Source: Azolla caroliniana (lineage: Eukaryota > Plantae > Polypodiophyta). From it: a stretch of 8,270 bases of DNA. Position numbers and translations under genes: made by a program. The notes below the pieces were generated by a model. That model did not search any database, was not told the DNA's origin, and saw only the letters and a program-made list of their open reading frames with translations. The stretch covers positions 1-8,270 of the forward strand of contig JBHGNT010001451.1 of assembly GCA_043228905.1 (NCBI GenBank), read 5' to 3'. How positions within the stretch are numbered: the first letter of the stretch is position 1; every line of letters starts with the position of its first letter. Shown here piece by piece: positions 7,880 through 8,270 of the stretch.

Positions 7880-8270
7880 CCTTCTTTATGATTGAAGATG
7901 TATGCATAGGGCTTAAGAAATTGGTCACTTGAAAGGCAATAAATCTTCAATGTATGAAGGCCATAATGCTGAAATGGGCGGCTAGGAAGTACATGCATAG
8001 ATAAGTGATGTTTAGTCATGCATTGCAACATTGCATGCCCTACAAATGGACTATGAATTGGATTAAAACTTTATATAAAGTTGGAGAAGTAAATAATATA
8101 AACAACAATTGAACCATCATGGTCGGCTCGCAAATGGAAAAACTATTTGGATGTATAATGGAATCAAAGGTGCATGGGTTGAAAAAAATGATAAAAGAGC
8201 TAATGGACAAGTTGGCTTTCAAAAACACCATAGCACCATAAATCACCTTGTCATCATTCGAATATTAATG
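7880..8270 (+). mobile_element. Decayed non-LTR (LINE) retrotransposon ORF2 fragment at the start of the RT domain; left boundary approximate, continues off the window
   Basis: Manual translation: FFMIEDVCIGLKKLVT*KAINLQCMKAIMLKW...MFSHALQHCMPYKWTMNWIKTLYKVGEVNNINNN*TIMVGSQMEKLFGCIMESK, frameshift near 8169, then AWVEKNDKRANGQVGFQKHHSTINHLVIIRILM. Matches the LINE W...K.G....NYRxI and QxGF....ST.D blocks. Confidence 0.88.

Larger units (their letters stand above)
3752..8270 (+). other. Probable long intron 9 of FTSHI2 (>4.5 kb, runs off the window)
   Basis: Begins GTGAGT. I find no downstream segment resembling the expected FtsHi2 C-terminal helices. The region is AT-rich and carries TE relics. 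Confidence 0.7.

Noticed and set aside
8040-8246. 68-aa minus-strand ORF
   Set aside because: Antisense shadow of the LINE RT relic on the plus strand.

Overview
Eukaryotic (land-plant) nuclear DNA, not a prokaryotic locus. Bases 1-3751 carry nine coding exons (+ strand, all GT-AG introns, 810 codons when spliced) of a plastid FtsH-like AAA+ ATPase whose HExxH zinc motif is replaced by NEASM; it is best recognised as an FTSHI2 orthologue. The start codon lies upstream of the window and the C-terminal exon(s) are not found, so 3752-8270 is most simply a >4.5 kb intron. That stretch holds three retroelement relics: (i) a 979-bp miniature LTR element on the - strand with both LTRs, a tRNA-Ala-type PBS, a PPT, a 4-bp ATAT target duplication and deleted Ty3/gypsy integrase remnants; (ii) an isolated ~475-bp Ty1/copia integrase fragment; (iii) a decayed LINE reverse-transcriptase fragment that the ORF track misses. 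I see no clearly new multi-gene system; the miniature LTR element is the most unusual object. Family assignments come from recalled motifs, not database searches.
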